DNA of 64,000 nt. Source: an uncultured Actinomycetes bacterium (GTDB taxonomy: Bacteria > Actinomycetota > Thermoleophilia > Gaiellales > Gaiellaceae). Numbering within the stretch: the stretch's first letter is position 1; each line of letters begins with the position of its first letter. Shown here piece by piece: positions 19,363 through 29,044 of this stretch. The notes under the pieces were generated by a model. It was not told the origin of the DNA. It did no database searches and was given only the letters and a program-made list of their open reading frames with translations. A program made the position numbers and the translations under genes. Location of the stretch: positions 111,808 to 175,807 of the forward strand of contig CAVVGB010000005.1 of the NCBI GenBank assembly GCA_963747715.1. The letters run 5' to 3'.

Positions 19363-19704
19363 TCAGCTTTTGCCGGCGATCGCGGCCTGAAGCTGCCTCT
19401 TCGTCATCTTCGAGCGCCCACGGATGTTCAGCCGCTTCGCCTGGTTGTAGAGCTGCTCGCGCGTCTGGCCCTTCCGCCGGTTGGTGCCGGACCGCTGGCC
19501 GCCCCGCTCGCTCGGGGACTTGCCGCGCAGGGAGCTCTTGGAGCGAGTCCGCGACTCACCGGAGCGCGCCCGTTCCTTCTGCACGGTCCGCGCCGCGAGC
19601 TCCTTCGCGCGCTTCGTCGAGGCGCCGCGTTTCTTCGCGCTGTCCTTGATGTGCTCGTACTGGCGGGCTCGCTTCGTGCCCTTCTTGACTCCGCGTGGTG
19701 GCAT
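19363..19704 (-). CDS. basic protein with Rho_N/SAP-like C-terminal motif
   Basis: 113 aa, very Lys/Arg-rich. The C-terminus reads TREQLYNQAKRLNIRGRSKMTKRQL. Confidence 0.7.
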   Translation of the reverse strand: MPPRGVKKGTKRARQYEHIKDSAKKRGASTKRAKELAARTVQKERARSGESRTRSKSSLRGKSPSERGGQRSGTNRRKGQTREQLYNQAKRLNIRGRSKMTKRQLQAAIAGKS

Positions 19705-19790
19705 GTCGACCCTCCTACACTCGCGTACGGCAGGCTTTTACCAGCGCATGGAGGGTTCAAACGCCGGCGCGGTACCATGTCCGCACCCTC

Positions 19791-19880
19791 GGAGAGGTGT
19801 CCGAGTTGGCCTAAGGAGCGCGACTGGAAATCGCGTACCCGGTGAAAGCTGGGTCGCGGGTTCGAATCCCGCCCTCTCCG
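19791..19880 (+). tRNA. tRNA-Ser(GGA)
   Basis: Cloverleaf read by hand: acceptor GGAGAGG/CCTCTCC, anticodon loop CTGGAAA, long variable arm, T arm GCGGG-TTCGAAT-CCCGC. Confidence 0.95.
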
Positions 19881-19974
19881 CCTAGAACCCCTGGAGGTAA
19901 ACGGCTTGCGCCCCTGGCCGCCCGAGTGGAGGGTCAGGGCGCTGCACCGTGCGAGCCGCTTGCGAGTTGACGAT

Positions 19975-20340
19975 CTAGAGCGACAGCCGTTCCCATTCGT
20001 GATCGTCGACGAAGGTTCGCTCGCCACGCATCCACTGCGAAAGCGCGTCGGCGATCGAGGCCAGGGACACGCCCTTCGCCTGGAAGTGCCGACCGGGGGA
20101 ACCATCCCGGTACTCGAGCAAGAAGCGCCCTTCGTGATTGATTGCCTGCGCGTACATGTTCGGCGGGCCACTGCTGACGGTGAGGAAGCCTCCCGGCTTT
20201 CGAAGCGTCTCGTGCACGAGCACGAGCCAGCTCTCCGGCTCCCCCACGGTTCCGCTCGGGGTCATGATCGTCAGGTCATCCGGCCCGAGCGGCTCACGTT
20301 CCCAGTCGTCCCCTGACCCGGTCGGCCACGCCGGCTCCAT
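19975..20340 (-). CDS. hypothetical protein
   Basis: 121-aa ORF with good GC3 and no obvious SD. Confidence 0.5.
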   Translation of the reverse strand: MEPAWPTGSGDDWEREPLGPDDLTIMTPSGTVGEPESWLVLVHETLRKPGGFLTVSSGPPNMYAQAINHEGRFLLEYRDGSPGRHFQAKGVSLASIADALSQWMRGERTFVDDHEWERLSL

Positions 20341-20406
20341 GAAGTCAGTGTGCCAAAAGGGCCGGTTTCCTTGGAACTCGCTCGGCGGGCGCGGTGTAAT
20401 CGGGCC

Positions 20407-21351
20407 ATGCGAGCGCGCGTGCTTCTTCTCGTTCCCCTGCTCGCATTCGCCGGCGTCTTCGCCGGCACCCTCGCCTACTACGAGCTCGGGAACGACGAGG
20501 CGCCCGCGGCCGCCACGACGCAGGCCGCCGCTCGAACCGACGGGAGCCTTATCGTCGCACTCGAGCAGAAGCCGGGCGTGCGCCTCTACGTCGCTTCAGC
20601 GGACGGAAGCGGGGGCCGCTTCGTCACGGGCGACAACGAGCCGACGGACGGAAGCGTCCTCGTCGAGGCCCATCCGGACTGGTCGCCCACCACAGAGCGA
20701 ATCGTCCTCACCCGTTACACGGTGAAGGGTCAGGATGCAGCCCCACCGAAGATCTGGAGCGTCGCCCCGGACGGGTCCGACCTCGTTCAGCTCACGCACG
20801 GTGACGACCCCGATTTCCTGGCGGCCTGGTCACCGGACGGCGAGAGGATCGCCTTCACCCGCGAGCTGGACGGCTCCGCCGAGGTCTTCGTCATGAACGC
20901 CGACGGCTCCGAGGTGACCCAGCTCACCAACGACAGCGCGGTGAACGAGGAGCATCCCGCCTGGTCGCCGGACGGGACGCACATCGCGTACACGTCAGGC
21001 TCGGAAGAGCATCAGGATCTCTACGTGATGAGCGCGGACGGTTCGAGCCCCACCCGGATCACCGGCGGGCCCTTCTTCGCCGCCGACCCCGCCTGGTCGC
21101 CGCAGGGAGACAGGATTGTGTTCGTCTGCGACGCGGATCTCTGCCTGGTCCGCCCCGAGCTCGGCGCGCGTCCGGCCAAGCTTGTCGGGACGCGTCCCAA
21201 GGAATCCTCGCCGCGCTGGTCGGCCGACGGCGGGTCGATCGCCTTCGCACGCTTCCCCGGTGGCGTCTTCCTCGTCGACGCCGAGACGGAGAGGACGACT
21301 CGGGTTCCCCTGGACGGAGAAACCTTCACGCTCTCCTGGGGCCCCGCGTGA
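20407..21351 (+). CDS. TolB-like PD40 beta-propeller repeat protein (secreted or anchored)
   Basis: ATG at 20407 with an N-terminal hydrophobic segment. Repeats of the form WSPDG..IAF... and ..ADGS....LT. Confidence 0.85.
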   Translation: MRARVLLLVPLLAFAGVFAGTLAYYELGNDEAPAAATTQAAARTDGSLIVALEQKPGVRLYVASADGSGGRFVTGDNEPTDGSVLVEAHPDWSPTTERIVLTRYTVKGQDAAPPKIWSVAPDGSDLVQLTHGDDPDFLAAWSPDGERIAFTRELDGSAEVFVMNADGSEVTQLTNDSAVNEEHPAWSPDGTHIAYTSGSEEHQDLYVMSADGSSPTRITGGPFFAADPAWSPQGDRIVFVCDADLCLVRPELGARPAKLVGTRPKESSPRWSADGGSIAFARFPGGVFLVDAETERTTRVPLDGETFTLSWGPA

Positions 21352-22694
21352 CCGAGGGCGGGCCGCTCTTTCGCCGGCGCGACTTCCTCGTCCGGAGCGG
21401 GCTCGTCCTCGGAGCGAGCACGCTGACGGGCGCAGCCGGCTACGTCGCGGCCAAGGAGATCGCCACCGACGACGATCCCGCCGCCGCCCAGGCGCAAGCC
21501 ACGGCGCAGGGAACCGGCGTCGAGTCCTGGGAGGACGTGCGCTCCCTCTTTGCGCTCGACCGCCGGCTGACCGACCTGACGACGTTCATGCTCGCGCCGC
21601 ATCCACGCCCGGTGCGCGAGGCCATCGAACGCCACCGGCGCGGCCTCGACGCCTCGCCGAAGGAATACCTCTTTGCGCACGAGCTCGAGGAGGAGCAACG
21701 CGTCGCCGCGGCAGCCGCCGAGTACCTCGGCGCCTCGTTCGAGGACGTCGCCTTCACCGACTCGACCACGATGGGCCTCGGGCTCTTCTACGGAGGGCTG
21801 CGCCTGCGGGAGGGCGACGAGGTCTTGACGACCGAGCACGACTTCTACGCGACACATGAGGCGCTGCGCCTGCGTGCCCTGCAAACGGGGGCGAGGGTCA
21901 GAAAGATCCGTCTCTTCGACGACGCTGCCAGCGCGTCCGTCGACGAGATCGTCTCGCGCCTCGCCGACGGCGTCACACCGCGAACGCGCCTGGCGGCCGT
22001 CACGTGGGTGCACTCGAGCACGGGTCTGAAGCTGCCGGTGCGGGCGATCGCCGATGCCCTCGCCGACCGGTCCGTCCTCCTGGCCGTCGACGGCGTGCAC
22101 GGGTTCGGCGTCGAGGACGCCGGCCCGAACGAGCTCGGGTGCGACGTTCTCGTCTCGGGTGGTCACAAATGGCTGTTCGGCCCGCGGGGCACGGGCGTCG
22201 TGTGGGCCACGCCGGAGGCATGGGCGGAGACGGCCGCGACGATCCCCACCTTCGACGGGAGTAGCTACGGCGCGTGGCTCGAAGGACGCAAGCCGGCGGG
22301 CCTCCCACCCGGGCCGACGATGACGCCGGGAGGCTTTCACTCCTTCGAGCATCGCTGGGCCCTCGCCGATGCGTTCGAGCTGCACGGCCGCATCGGCCGC
22401 GACCGGGTCGCGGAACGCACGCACCAGCTGGCGCGAACGCTGAAGGATGGGCTCGCGGAGATTTCCGGAGTCACCGTGACCACGCCTCGCGACGAGGAGC
22501 TGTCGGCGGGGATCGTCTGCTTCGCGCTCGAGTCGCTCTCGGCGCGCGAGGCGGTCGACCTGCTCGGAACGGGTCATCGGATCGTCGCGAGCGTCACGCC
22601 GTACGCCGAAGAGCTCGTGCGGCTCGGCCCGAGCATCGCGAACAATCCCGAGGACGTCGAAGCCGCTTTGCGGGCCGTGCGCGCTCTGGCCTAG
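21348..22694 (+). CDS. aminotransferase class V-fold PLP-dependent enzyme with twin-arginine signal
   Basis: Its GTG overlaps the upstream stop (GTGA). Tat-type RRRDFLVRSGLVLGAS. Also carries SGGHKWLFGPRGTG. Confidence 0.9.
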   Translation: MTEGGPLFRRRDFLVRSGLVLGASTLTGAAGYVAAKEIATDDDPAAAQAQATAQGTGVESWEDVRSLFALDRRLTDLTTFMLAPHPRPVREAIERHRRGLDASPKEYLFAHELEEEQRVAAAAAEYLGASFEDVAFTDSTTMGLGLFYGGLRLREGDEVLTTEHDFYATHEALRLRALQTGARVRKIRLFDDAASASVDEIVSRLADGVTPRTRLAAVTWVHSSTGLKLPVRAIADALADRSVLLAVDGVHGFGVEDAGPNELGCDVLVSGGHKWLFGPRGTGVVWATPEAWAETAATIPTFDGSSYGAWLEGRKPAGLPPGPTMTPGGFHSFEHRWALADAFELHGRIGRDRVAERTHQLARTLKDGLAEISGVTVTTPRDEELSAGIVCFALESLSAREAVDLLGTGHRIVASVTPYAEELVRLGPSIANNPEDVEAALRAVRALA

Positions 22695-23280
22695 CTACCG
22701 CTCGTGGAGTCCACGAGGAACGCGACCAGGTCGTCGAGCTCCTGGTCGCTCAGCTTCTCGCCGTAATCCTCCGGCATGAGGCCGTCCGAGAAGCCTTCGG
22801 TCACCTCGGCATCCGGGTTGACGATCGACTCGCGGATGAAGTCGGCGTCCTTGTCCGCCAGGCCCTCGTCGAGATTCGGCCCGAGCGTCTGCGACGAGCC
22901 GGCGGCTTCGAGCGTGTGACAGCTGCCGCACGCCGGCTGGGCGCTGTCGAACACCTCCTTGCCCGCTGCGGGATCTCCCGCGGCCTCGGCCGGCGGCGCT
23001 TCGCCGGTCTCACCCCCGCTCGTGTCCGTCGCGCCGGTCGTCTCGGTCGGCGCACCGGCCTCGGGCGGCGCGCCCCTTGACCCCCGCTCTCGTGCTCTGC
23101 TCCGAAGACCTCGACCGCCGCGAGCATGGCGATCACGAGGAGCGCTGCGACGAGCACGAACGCACGCACGTTGCGGCCGGGGAACGAGGGGTTCCGCCGG
23201 GGGATGACGATCGACACGACCAGGCTGAAAGAGACCAGGACGAGTGCGACGACACCGAGGATGATCTCGTTCCGGGTCAC
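22691..23280 (-). pseudogene. membrane-anchored class I cytochrome c, one frameshift
   Basis: N-terminal TM helices are in ORF 22801..23280. The heme site CGSCH and the C-terminus are in ORF 22691..23590. The junction lies at a G5 run near 23075-23090, and the length is 3n-1. Confidence 0.7.
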
Positions 23281-23303
23281 CGGGCGGGCAATACGATACT
23301 TCG

Positions 23304-24247
23304 ATGGGTTGGCGTCGCGTCGGCGTGCTCCTCGTGGCCGGCGCGGCGATCCTCCTGGCGGCTCTGCTCGCGCTGGCCGGGATCGGAGAGCGCGAGGGGG
23401 CGCTTTCCGACGGCCAGGCGTTCACGCTCGGGATCGTCCAGGGGCTCACGGAGCTCTTGCCCATCTCGTCCTCGGGGCACCTGATCCTCGTTCCGTGGCT
23501 CGCCCAATGGGAGTTCCTCGAGCGGAACGACGAGTTCAACCAGACGTTCGACGTCGCGCTCCATCTCGGCACGCTCGTGGCGGTCGTCATCTACTTCCGT
23601 ACGACGATTGCCGACCTCGTGCGGGCGTGGCTCCGGAGCGTCCGGAAACGGCGCTCGGACTCGCCGAGGAGCGCGTGGCCTGGATGATCGCGATCGCGAC
23701 CATCCCCGCTGCGATCGTCGGCGCTCTCGGAGAGGAGTTCATCGCCGACGAGCTCGGGGAGCCTTGGCAGATCGCGATCCTGATGGCCGTCTTCGCCGTC
23801 GTGCTCTGGATCGCTGACCGGACGACGCCGCGGCGCGTGCCCGACGAGCTCGGTACCCGTGGCGCCCTCGCCCTCGGGCTTGCCCAGACGCTCGCGCTCG
23901 CGCCCGGCGTGTCGCGCTCCGGCGTGACGATCTCGGCGGCGCGGTTCCTCGGCCTCGATCGCGAGGCGGCCGCGAACGTCTCGTTCTTGCTGCTCGTCCC
24001 GATCACGCTCGGCGCGGTGGTGTGGAAGGGCGTGACCGACGTGCTGCTCGGAGACCTGCCGCCCGGCTGGGGCGGCCCCTTCCTCGTCGGCACGATCGCG
24101 GCGGCCGGAAGCGGGCTCCTCGCCATCTGGGCGCTGCTTGCCTACGTGCGCCGCCACACCTACACCGTCTTCGTGGTGTACCGCCTCGTCGTCGCCGCCC
24201 TCGTGCTCCTTCTCATCGCAACGGGCGTTCGCGAGGCCGGCTTCTAA
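23304..24247 (+). pseudogene. uppP: undecaprenyl-diphosphate phosphatase, one frameshift
   Basis: ORF 23304..23687 has LGIVQGLTELLPISSSGH. The rest (..IATIPAAIVG..PGVSRSG..) is in the frame of 23126..24247. The junction lies near 23630-23660, and the length is 3n-1. Confidence 0.85.
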
Positions 24248-25003
24248 TGCGCTGGGCGCTCGATGCCGCGATTGTCCTCGCCGTCGGCCTGGGCACGCTC
24301 GGTGCCGTGTTTCTGCTGCGCGACGACGGGCCCGCAGAGCTCCTCCCGGACCTGAGGCAGCTGCCGCCAGACGCCATCTCGGTGGACGAAGCCGAAGGCG
24401 AGCATCGCCTCGTCTTCCTCTCGGCGGTGGACAACGTCGGGGAAGCGGCGCTCGTCATCGAGGGAAGGCGCGCGAGCCGCGCCGAGCCCACGATGACCGT
24501 GGAGCAAGTCGTGACGGCGGGCGGACGGCTCGACGCGGCGGTACGGAGTGGACGCCGACCTCGCCTACGTCGTGGCGGAGACCCACGAGCACTGGCACCT
24601 GCTCGGCTTCGAGCGCTACTCGCTCGAGACGACCGACGGCGAGGTGGTCGCGCGCGACCGGAAGACCGGTTTCTGCCTCGGCGATCGCTTCGACTCCGAC
24701 GAGCCCGAGCTTCCTCACCAGCCCGCCCGTCCGGTCTGGGTCGGCGAATGCGGGCGGGGCGGCCGCGGGCTCCTCTCGATGGCGGAGGGCATCTCCCCCG
24801 GCTACGGCGACGACTACGTGCCCTCCCTCGAAGGCCAGTACCTGGTGCTCGACGGCCTGCCCGCGGGGCGCTACCGGCTTTGGCATCGCGCCAACCCGGA
24901 GCGCGCGCTGCAGGAGAGCAACTACGCGAACAACGGCGCCTCGGTGCTCCTCGATCTGACCTGGAGCGACGGGGAGCCGTCGGTCACCGTCCTGGAACCC
25001 TGA
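24247..25003 (+). pseudogene. lysyl-oxidase-like family protein (secreted or anchored), one frameshift
   Basis: The N-terminus MRWALDAAIVLAV... is in the frame of 24022..25020. ORF 24548..25003 carries HEHWH...KTGFCLGD...YANN. The junction lies near 24480-24548, and the length is 3n+1. Its start overlaps the uppP stop (TAATG). Confidence 0.7.
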
Positions 25004-25046
25004 CCGCGGAGGCGGTGTAAGAGGGGAAAGCGATCGAGGAGGAGCG

Positions 25047-25581
25047 ATGCGACGGACCGTGACCATCTTCATGCTGGCTCTCCTGGCGGCCGCCGCGCTG
25101 AGCACGGCCGCGCTCGCCAAGGAGGGCGGCGTCGAGCTCAGCTCCGTTCCCACCGGGATCAACCCCGGCGAGCCCTGGACGACCGACCTCGTCCTGGTCG
25201 ACGGGACGCCCGAGCTGCTGGCCCAGGCCAAGCCGGGAATCCAGATCACCAGCCTCGACACGGGCGAGCAGATCGACTACCCGGCCGCGCCGGGCAAGGG
25301 CGACGGCGTCTACACCGTCGACGTCGTCTTCCCCGAGGCCGGAACCTGGGCGTACTCGGCCTACGACGGCGTCACCGGGCGGATGTACGAGTTTCCGGCC
25401 GTCGAGATCACCGGCCCGACAGTCGTGGCGAAGCCCCCGGTTGCGGCGACGAAGTCACCGAGCTCGGCGGGAGGCACCTTCCCCGTCTGGCCGCTCGTCG
25501 GCGGGCTCACGGCATTTGCTGCTGGCTGCCGGGGCGGCGGCGCTCCTGATCCGGCGCCGGCAGCTGCGGCCGTCTCACTGA
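25047..25581 (+). pseudogene. secreted protein with C-terminal TM anchor, one frameshift
   Basis: Carries a signal peptide. After ..FPVWPLVGGLTA the +1 frame reads LLLAAGAAALLIRRRQLRPSH-stop, a perfect TM helix plus basic tail. The junction lies near 25510-25516. Confidence 0.55.
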
Positions 25582-25707
25582 AAGCAGGCTGCATCGGGAG
25601 GGAGAGGGCGGCTCCGGCCGCCCTCTCTCGTTAAGCGGAGATTGAGGGCGCGTAAGGGTCTTGTGACAGGGCTTTCCGTGCCGATACCTTGATTGGAGGA
25701 AAACTTT

Positions 25708-26675
25708 GTGACAGTCGCCATGCTCGATCCCATCATCAATCTCGTCACCAGCAACACCCCTCTCCCGTCGCCGTGGGGACGGGTGGTGGTCATCGTCGCC
25801 CTCTTTGCGATGGCGTGGGCCATCTCGCGTCTGAGCGCCTCGGTCGCGCGGCGGGTTCTCGCCTGGCACGACCGGCGTCACGAGCACAGCGACCTCGAGG
25901 CGAGCGGCAAGATCGCCGAGCTCAAGCGGCGCGAGACGCTCGTGTCCGTCATCCGGACGGGCATCGCCTACGCCGCGTTCGCGACCGCCATCGTCCTGTC
26001 GTTCGCGCAGCTGGCCGGCGGCGTCGATCGCTTTGCGGCGATCGCCGGTGCCTCGCTCGTGCTGGTCGTGGCCGGCGTTTCGGCGCAGCGCGTCCTGGTC
26101 GACATCATCACCGGGCTCACGATGTTCGTCGAGCGCTGGTACTCGGTCGGCGACACGGTCGTGCTCATCGCCGCGGGAGTCGATCTGCAGGGCGTCGTCG
26201 AGGACGTGTCGCTTCGGCGCACGCGCCTACGCTCGCTGAACGGCGAGGTCATTCAGGTCCACAACTCGCAGATCACCGCCGCCCGCGTGCTCCCGAGCGG
26301 TCTCAAGGAGCTGGCCATCGAGCTCTTCGTCTCCAAGCGGGACGAGGGCGAGCGCCTGGTCGAGGAGGTTGCGCACTTCCTGCCCGAGGGCCCGACCACG
26401 TTCGTGCGGCGCCCCTGGATCGAGAGCGTCGAAGAGCTCTCTCACGTGCTGACCCGGATCCGCCTGCGCGTCACGGTGGCGCCCGGCCGCGAATGGCTCG
26501 CCGAGGAGTTCTTCGCGACCTGCTGAAGGAGCGCGGCGGCACCTCGCTCATCGTGCACGGCCCCGTCACGCTCGCCGTCGACGAACGCGCCACACGGACG
26601 TTCGCGCGCGCCAGCGCCACGACGCGGTCACGCTTCCGTCCGGTGCCTCAGGGCGAGGCGGCCGGCGTCCGCTAG
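25708..26675 (+). pseudogene. mechanosensitive ion channel (MscS-like) family protein, probable frameshift near 3' end
   Basis: GGAGGA lies 6 nt before the GTG at 25708. MscS-like TM region and beta domain. After ..EEFFA the adjacent frame continues LLKERGGTSLIVHGPV... to 26675. The junction lies near 26512-26525. Confidence 0.65.
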
Positions 26676-26723
26676 CTGCGGCGCCCCTCGCCTGGAACAA
26701 TCTCGGCGGCCCTAGGGCCGCGA

Positions 26724-27968
26724 ATGGCGCAGTCGCATCTGATCGGGTTGCTGCTGGCGAGCGAGGAAGACTGGCCCGCCGCGTTCGAGACCGTGCTGCG
26801 CCGGCTCGGCCCGGTCACGTATCGCGGCGCGAAGCACGAGTTTCCGACCGAGCGGATCATGAACGAGCCGTTCGACCTGCGCTACAAACCCCGTTACGAG
26901 CTCGTGATCGACCGGCTGTCGTGGTGGTACGACGTCCCGCGCGAATGGCTGAAGAAGATCGCGCTCATGAACGACGTGTATCTCCTCAACAGTCCCTTCA
27001 CCTTCCAATCCATGGAGAAGCACTCGGCCTACTGCGCCGGGATGCGCCTGGGCCTGAAGGTGCCGGAGACGTGGCTCATTCCGCACCGGGTCCCGCCGGA
27101 CAACCCGCGCTACCCCCCCGTCGCCGAGCGCTACTCGACCCCGTTCGACCTCGACGAGATCGGCGGCTACCTGGGCTATCCGCTCTTCATGAAGCCCTTC
27201 GACGGCGGCATGTGGGTCGGCGTCACGAAGATCAGCAATCCGGAGGAGCTCCATTTCACCTACGACAACTCTGGTGAGCGGCTCATGCATCTCCAGGCCG
27301 CGGTCGACGGCTACGACGTCTTCACGCGCAGCCTTTCCATCGGTCCGCAGACGATGGTCATGCGCTTTGACCCGGGCGCCCATGGCCACTACCGCTACGT
27401 GCACGAGCGTGGCTTCGTCTCCCCGGAGATCGAGGCTGAGCTCGCCACGATCAGCCGGCTCGTGAACGCCTTCTTTCGCTGGGAGTTCAATTCGTGCGAG
27501 GTAGCGGTCAAGGACGGGAACGCGTACCCGATCGACTACGCGAACGCCTCACCCGACATCGCGCTCGTCAGCCTGCACTACTACTTCCCGTGGGCGATCG
27601 AGTCGCTCGTCGCGTGGTGCATCTTCTGCTCCATCTCCGAGCGCGCCTCGCTCCGCCTGGAGCCGATCACGCGCGACTACTTCGAGGTCGGCGACCGCGA
27701 GGATCTCTCCTACGAACAGAAAATCGCTCGCTACGAAGAGCTCGCGAACCTCTACTTCCAGGCCGACCAGTTCGCCGAATTCCGAGCCGAGGCGCTGCCG
27801 CAGCTGCACGAGCTCATGGTCGACTACGTCGAGAGCAAGGAGTTCGACGACCTCGTCGTGTCGTCGATCCGCCTCGAGGTCGAGCCGGAGCGCCACGACG
27901 AGATGATCGAGCGCTGCCGCGAGCTCACTGCCGCGTGGGCGGCCGATCAGCGCGCCGCGGCGCGCTAG
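26724..27968 (+). CDS. ATP-grasp fold protein, function unknown
   Basis: Intact 414-aa ORF. ..LGYPLFMKPFDGGMWVGV.. and later strands resemble RimK or glutathione-synthetase-type ATP-grasp proteins. Confidence 0.75.
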   Translation: MAQSHLIGLLLASEEDWPAAFETVLRRLGPVTYRGAKHEFPTERIMNEPFDLRYKPRYELVIDRLSWWYDVPREWLKKIALMNDVYLLNSPFTFQSMEKHSAYCAGMRLGLKVPETWLIPHRVPPDNPRYPPVAERYSTPFDLDEIGGYLGYPLFMKPFDGGMWVGVTKISNPEELHFTYDNSGERLMHLQAAVDGYDVFTRSLSIGPQTMVMRFDPGAHGHYRYVHERGFVSPEIEAELATISRLVNAFFRWEFNSCEVAVKDGNAYPIDYANASPDIALVSLHYYFPWAIESLVAWCIFCSISERASLRLEPITRDYFEVGDREDLSYEQKIARYEELANLYFQADQFAEFRAEALPQLHELMVDYVESKEFDDLVVSSIRLEVEPERHDEMIERCRELTAAWAADQRAAAR

Positions 27969-28404
27969 CGCGCAAGAACTAACTCAACGTCACGAGCGCT
28001 TCGTCCATGCTGTCCGCACCCGCGGTGCACTCTCGGCGCGCTGCGTCCGACTTCAGCTCCCGACACCCCTCCTCGGCGAAGGCGCCGTCCGTCACGACGG
28101 CCAGTGCCCTCCCGAGCCAGAATTAGCAGCCTGTACGCGGCCGGCCGTCGAAGCAAGGGCGACCAGTCACGACTCTCTGCCTGCGTGGGACGATCGGTGG
28201 GCCGACGCGGACGCGTGTCCAGCAAAGGACATGGCCGCGCTAGGAGCGCGGGCCCCTGCACGCAAGGCGTTTTGGAGGGACGGCCGGTTGACCGCCCTCC
28301 AACGCTAACGCGGGTCTCTACGGAACGAAGGTACCCCGCGGGCGCTCGCCCGAAAACAAGCCTCCGCAGACTCGTACGGCGCCCTCTGCGGGCCGCTTGC
28401 CTGA

Positions 28405-28428
28405 TGGGCGCACCTGGGATCGAACCAG
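28405..28428 (-). repeat. displaced 3' end of tRNA-Val (att repeat)
   Basis: TGGGCGCACCTGGGATCGAACCAG matches 30036..30059 at 24 of 24 nt. On the minus strand it is followed by a hairpin and TTGTTTT, which looks like the native tRNA terminator. Confidence 0.85.
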
Positions 28429-28543
28429 AGTGAGTCCGTGTAGCTCTGTGTCGCCGCGTACCGCAGAGTGGCGTCGGGAGCGGGCTCGCGGCCCATCGGG
28501 CACCGCCTTAATGTTGCTCCGTGTCGGCTCGTGCTACCGCGTC

Positions 28544-28563
28544 GGGTTTCAGCGAGGGTTTCA
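28544..28563 (+). repeat. tandem GGGTTTCA x2 (putative integrase arm-type sites, left arm)
   Basis: GGGTTTCA-GCGA-GGGTTTCA-CGG. The same doublet occurs at 29968..29986. Confidence 0.5.
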
Positions 28564-28665
28564 CGGTGCCCCATCTCCGACGCACCGGACCAGCACTCGG
28601 CGGGCTTGGCGTTTCGATTGGCGAAACGCGCCTAGGAGGGATTGGCGATATCGGCAGCGGACGGC

Positions 28666-28929
28666 CTACGCGCCATTGAGACCTGTGCGATCCCCGATCA
28701 TGGCTAGCGCGAAGTACGCGACGGCGAGTACGAACGGTACCGCGACGACGCGGCCGGGATGTGGCGACCACCAGCGTCCAATGAGGACGAATCCAAGGAC
28801 CGAGCCGAGGAGGCCCGGATACCAGAAGACCGGGTCCATAAAGAGGCCAGTGACATAGATCGCGATGCCGACGAGAACGTGGACGATGACTGCCACAACA
28901 CGTGCGAGCATCAAGGCCCCTCGCTTCAT
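28666..28929 (-). CDS. small membrane protein (about 3 TM segments)
   Basis: 87-aa hydrophobic ORF inside the integrated remnant. Confidence 0.5.
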   Translation of the reverse strand: MKRGALMLARVVAVIVHVLVGIAIYVTGLFMDPVFWYPGLLGSVLGFVLIGRWWSPHPGRVVAVPFVLAVAYFALAMIGDRTGLNGA

Positions 28930-29044
28930 TCGTCATTAGCCTACTCGCGCGTCACGCCGCGAGTGCAACGGCTCGCGCTCGGGCGAGCGCCACGCTGAGT
29001 CGAGCGAGCGTGGAGCAACCGCACTAGCAGCCTCGCAAAGACGC

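Noticed and set aside
27969-28404. 436-nt gap after the ATP-grasp gene. It contains ORF 27965..28261 (-), a 41-aa high-GC3 ORF (VTDGAFAEEGCRELKSDAARRECTAGADSMDEALVTLS, minus strand, about 27987-28112) and the hairpin TTGGAGGGACGG...CCGCCCTCCAA (about 28272-28305).
   Set aside because: The listed ORF has off-frame-type composition. The 41-aa ORF has no SD and no recognisable family. The hairpin lacks a T tract on either strand. The region may hold degraded DNA next to the att site or a small RNA, but I cannot support a call.
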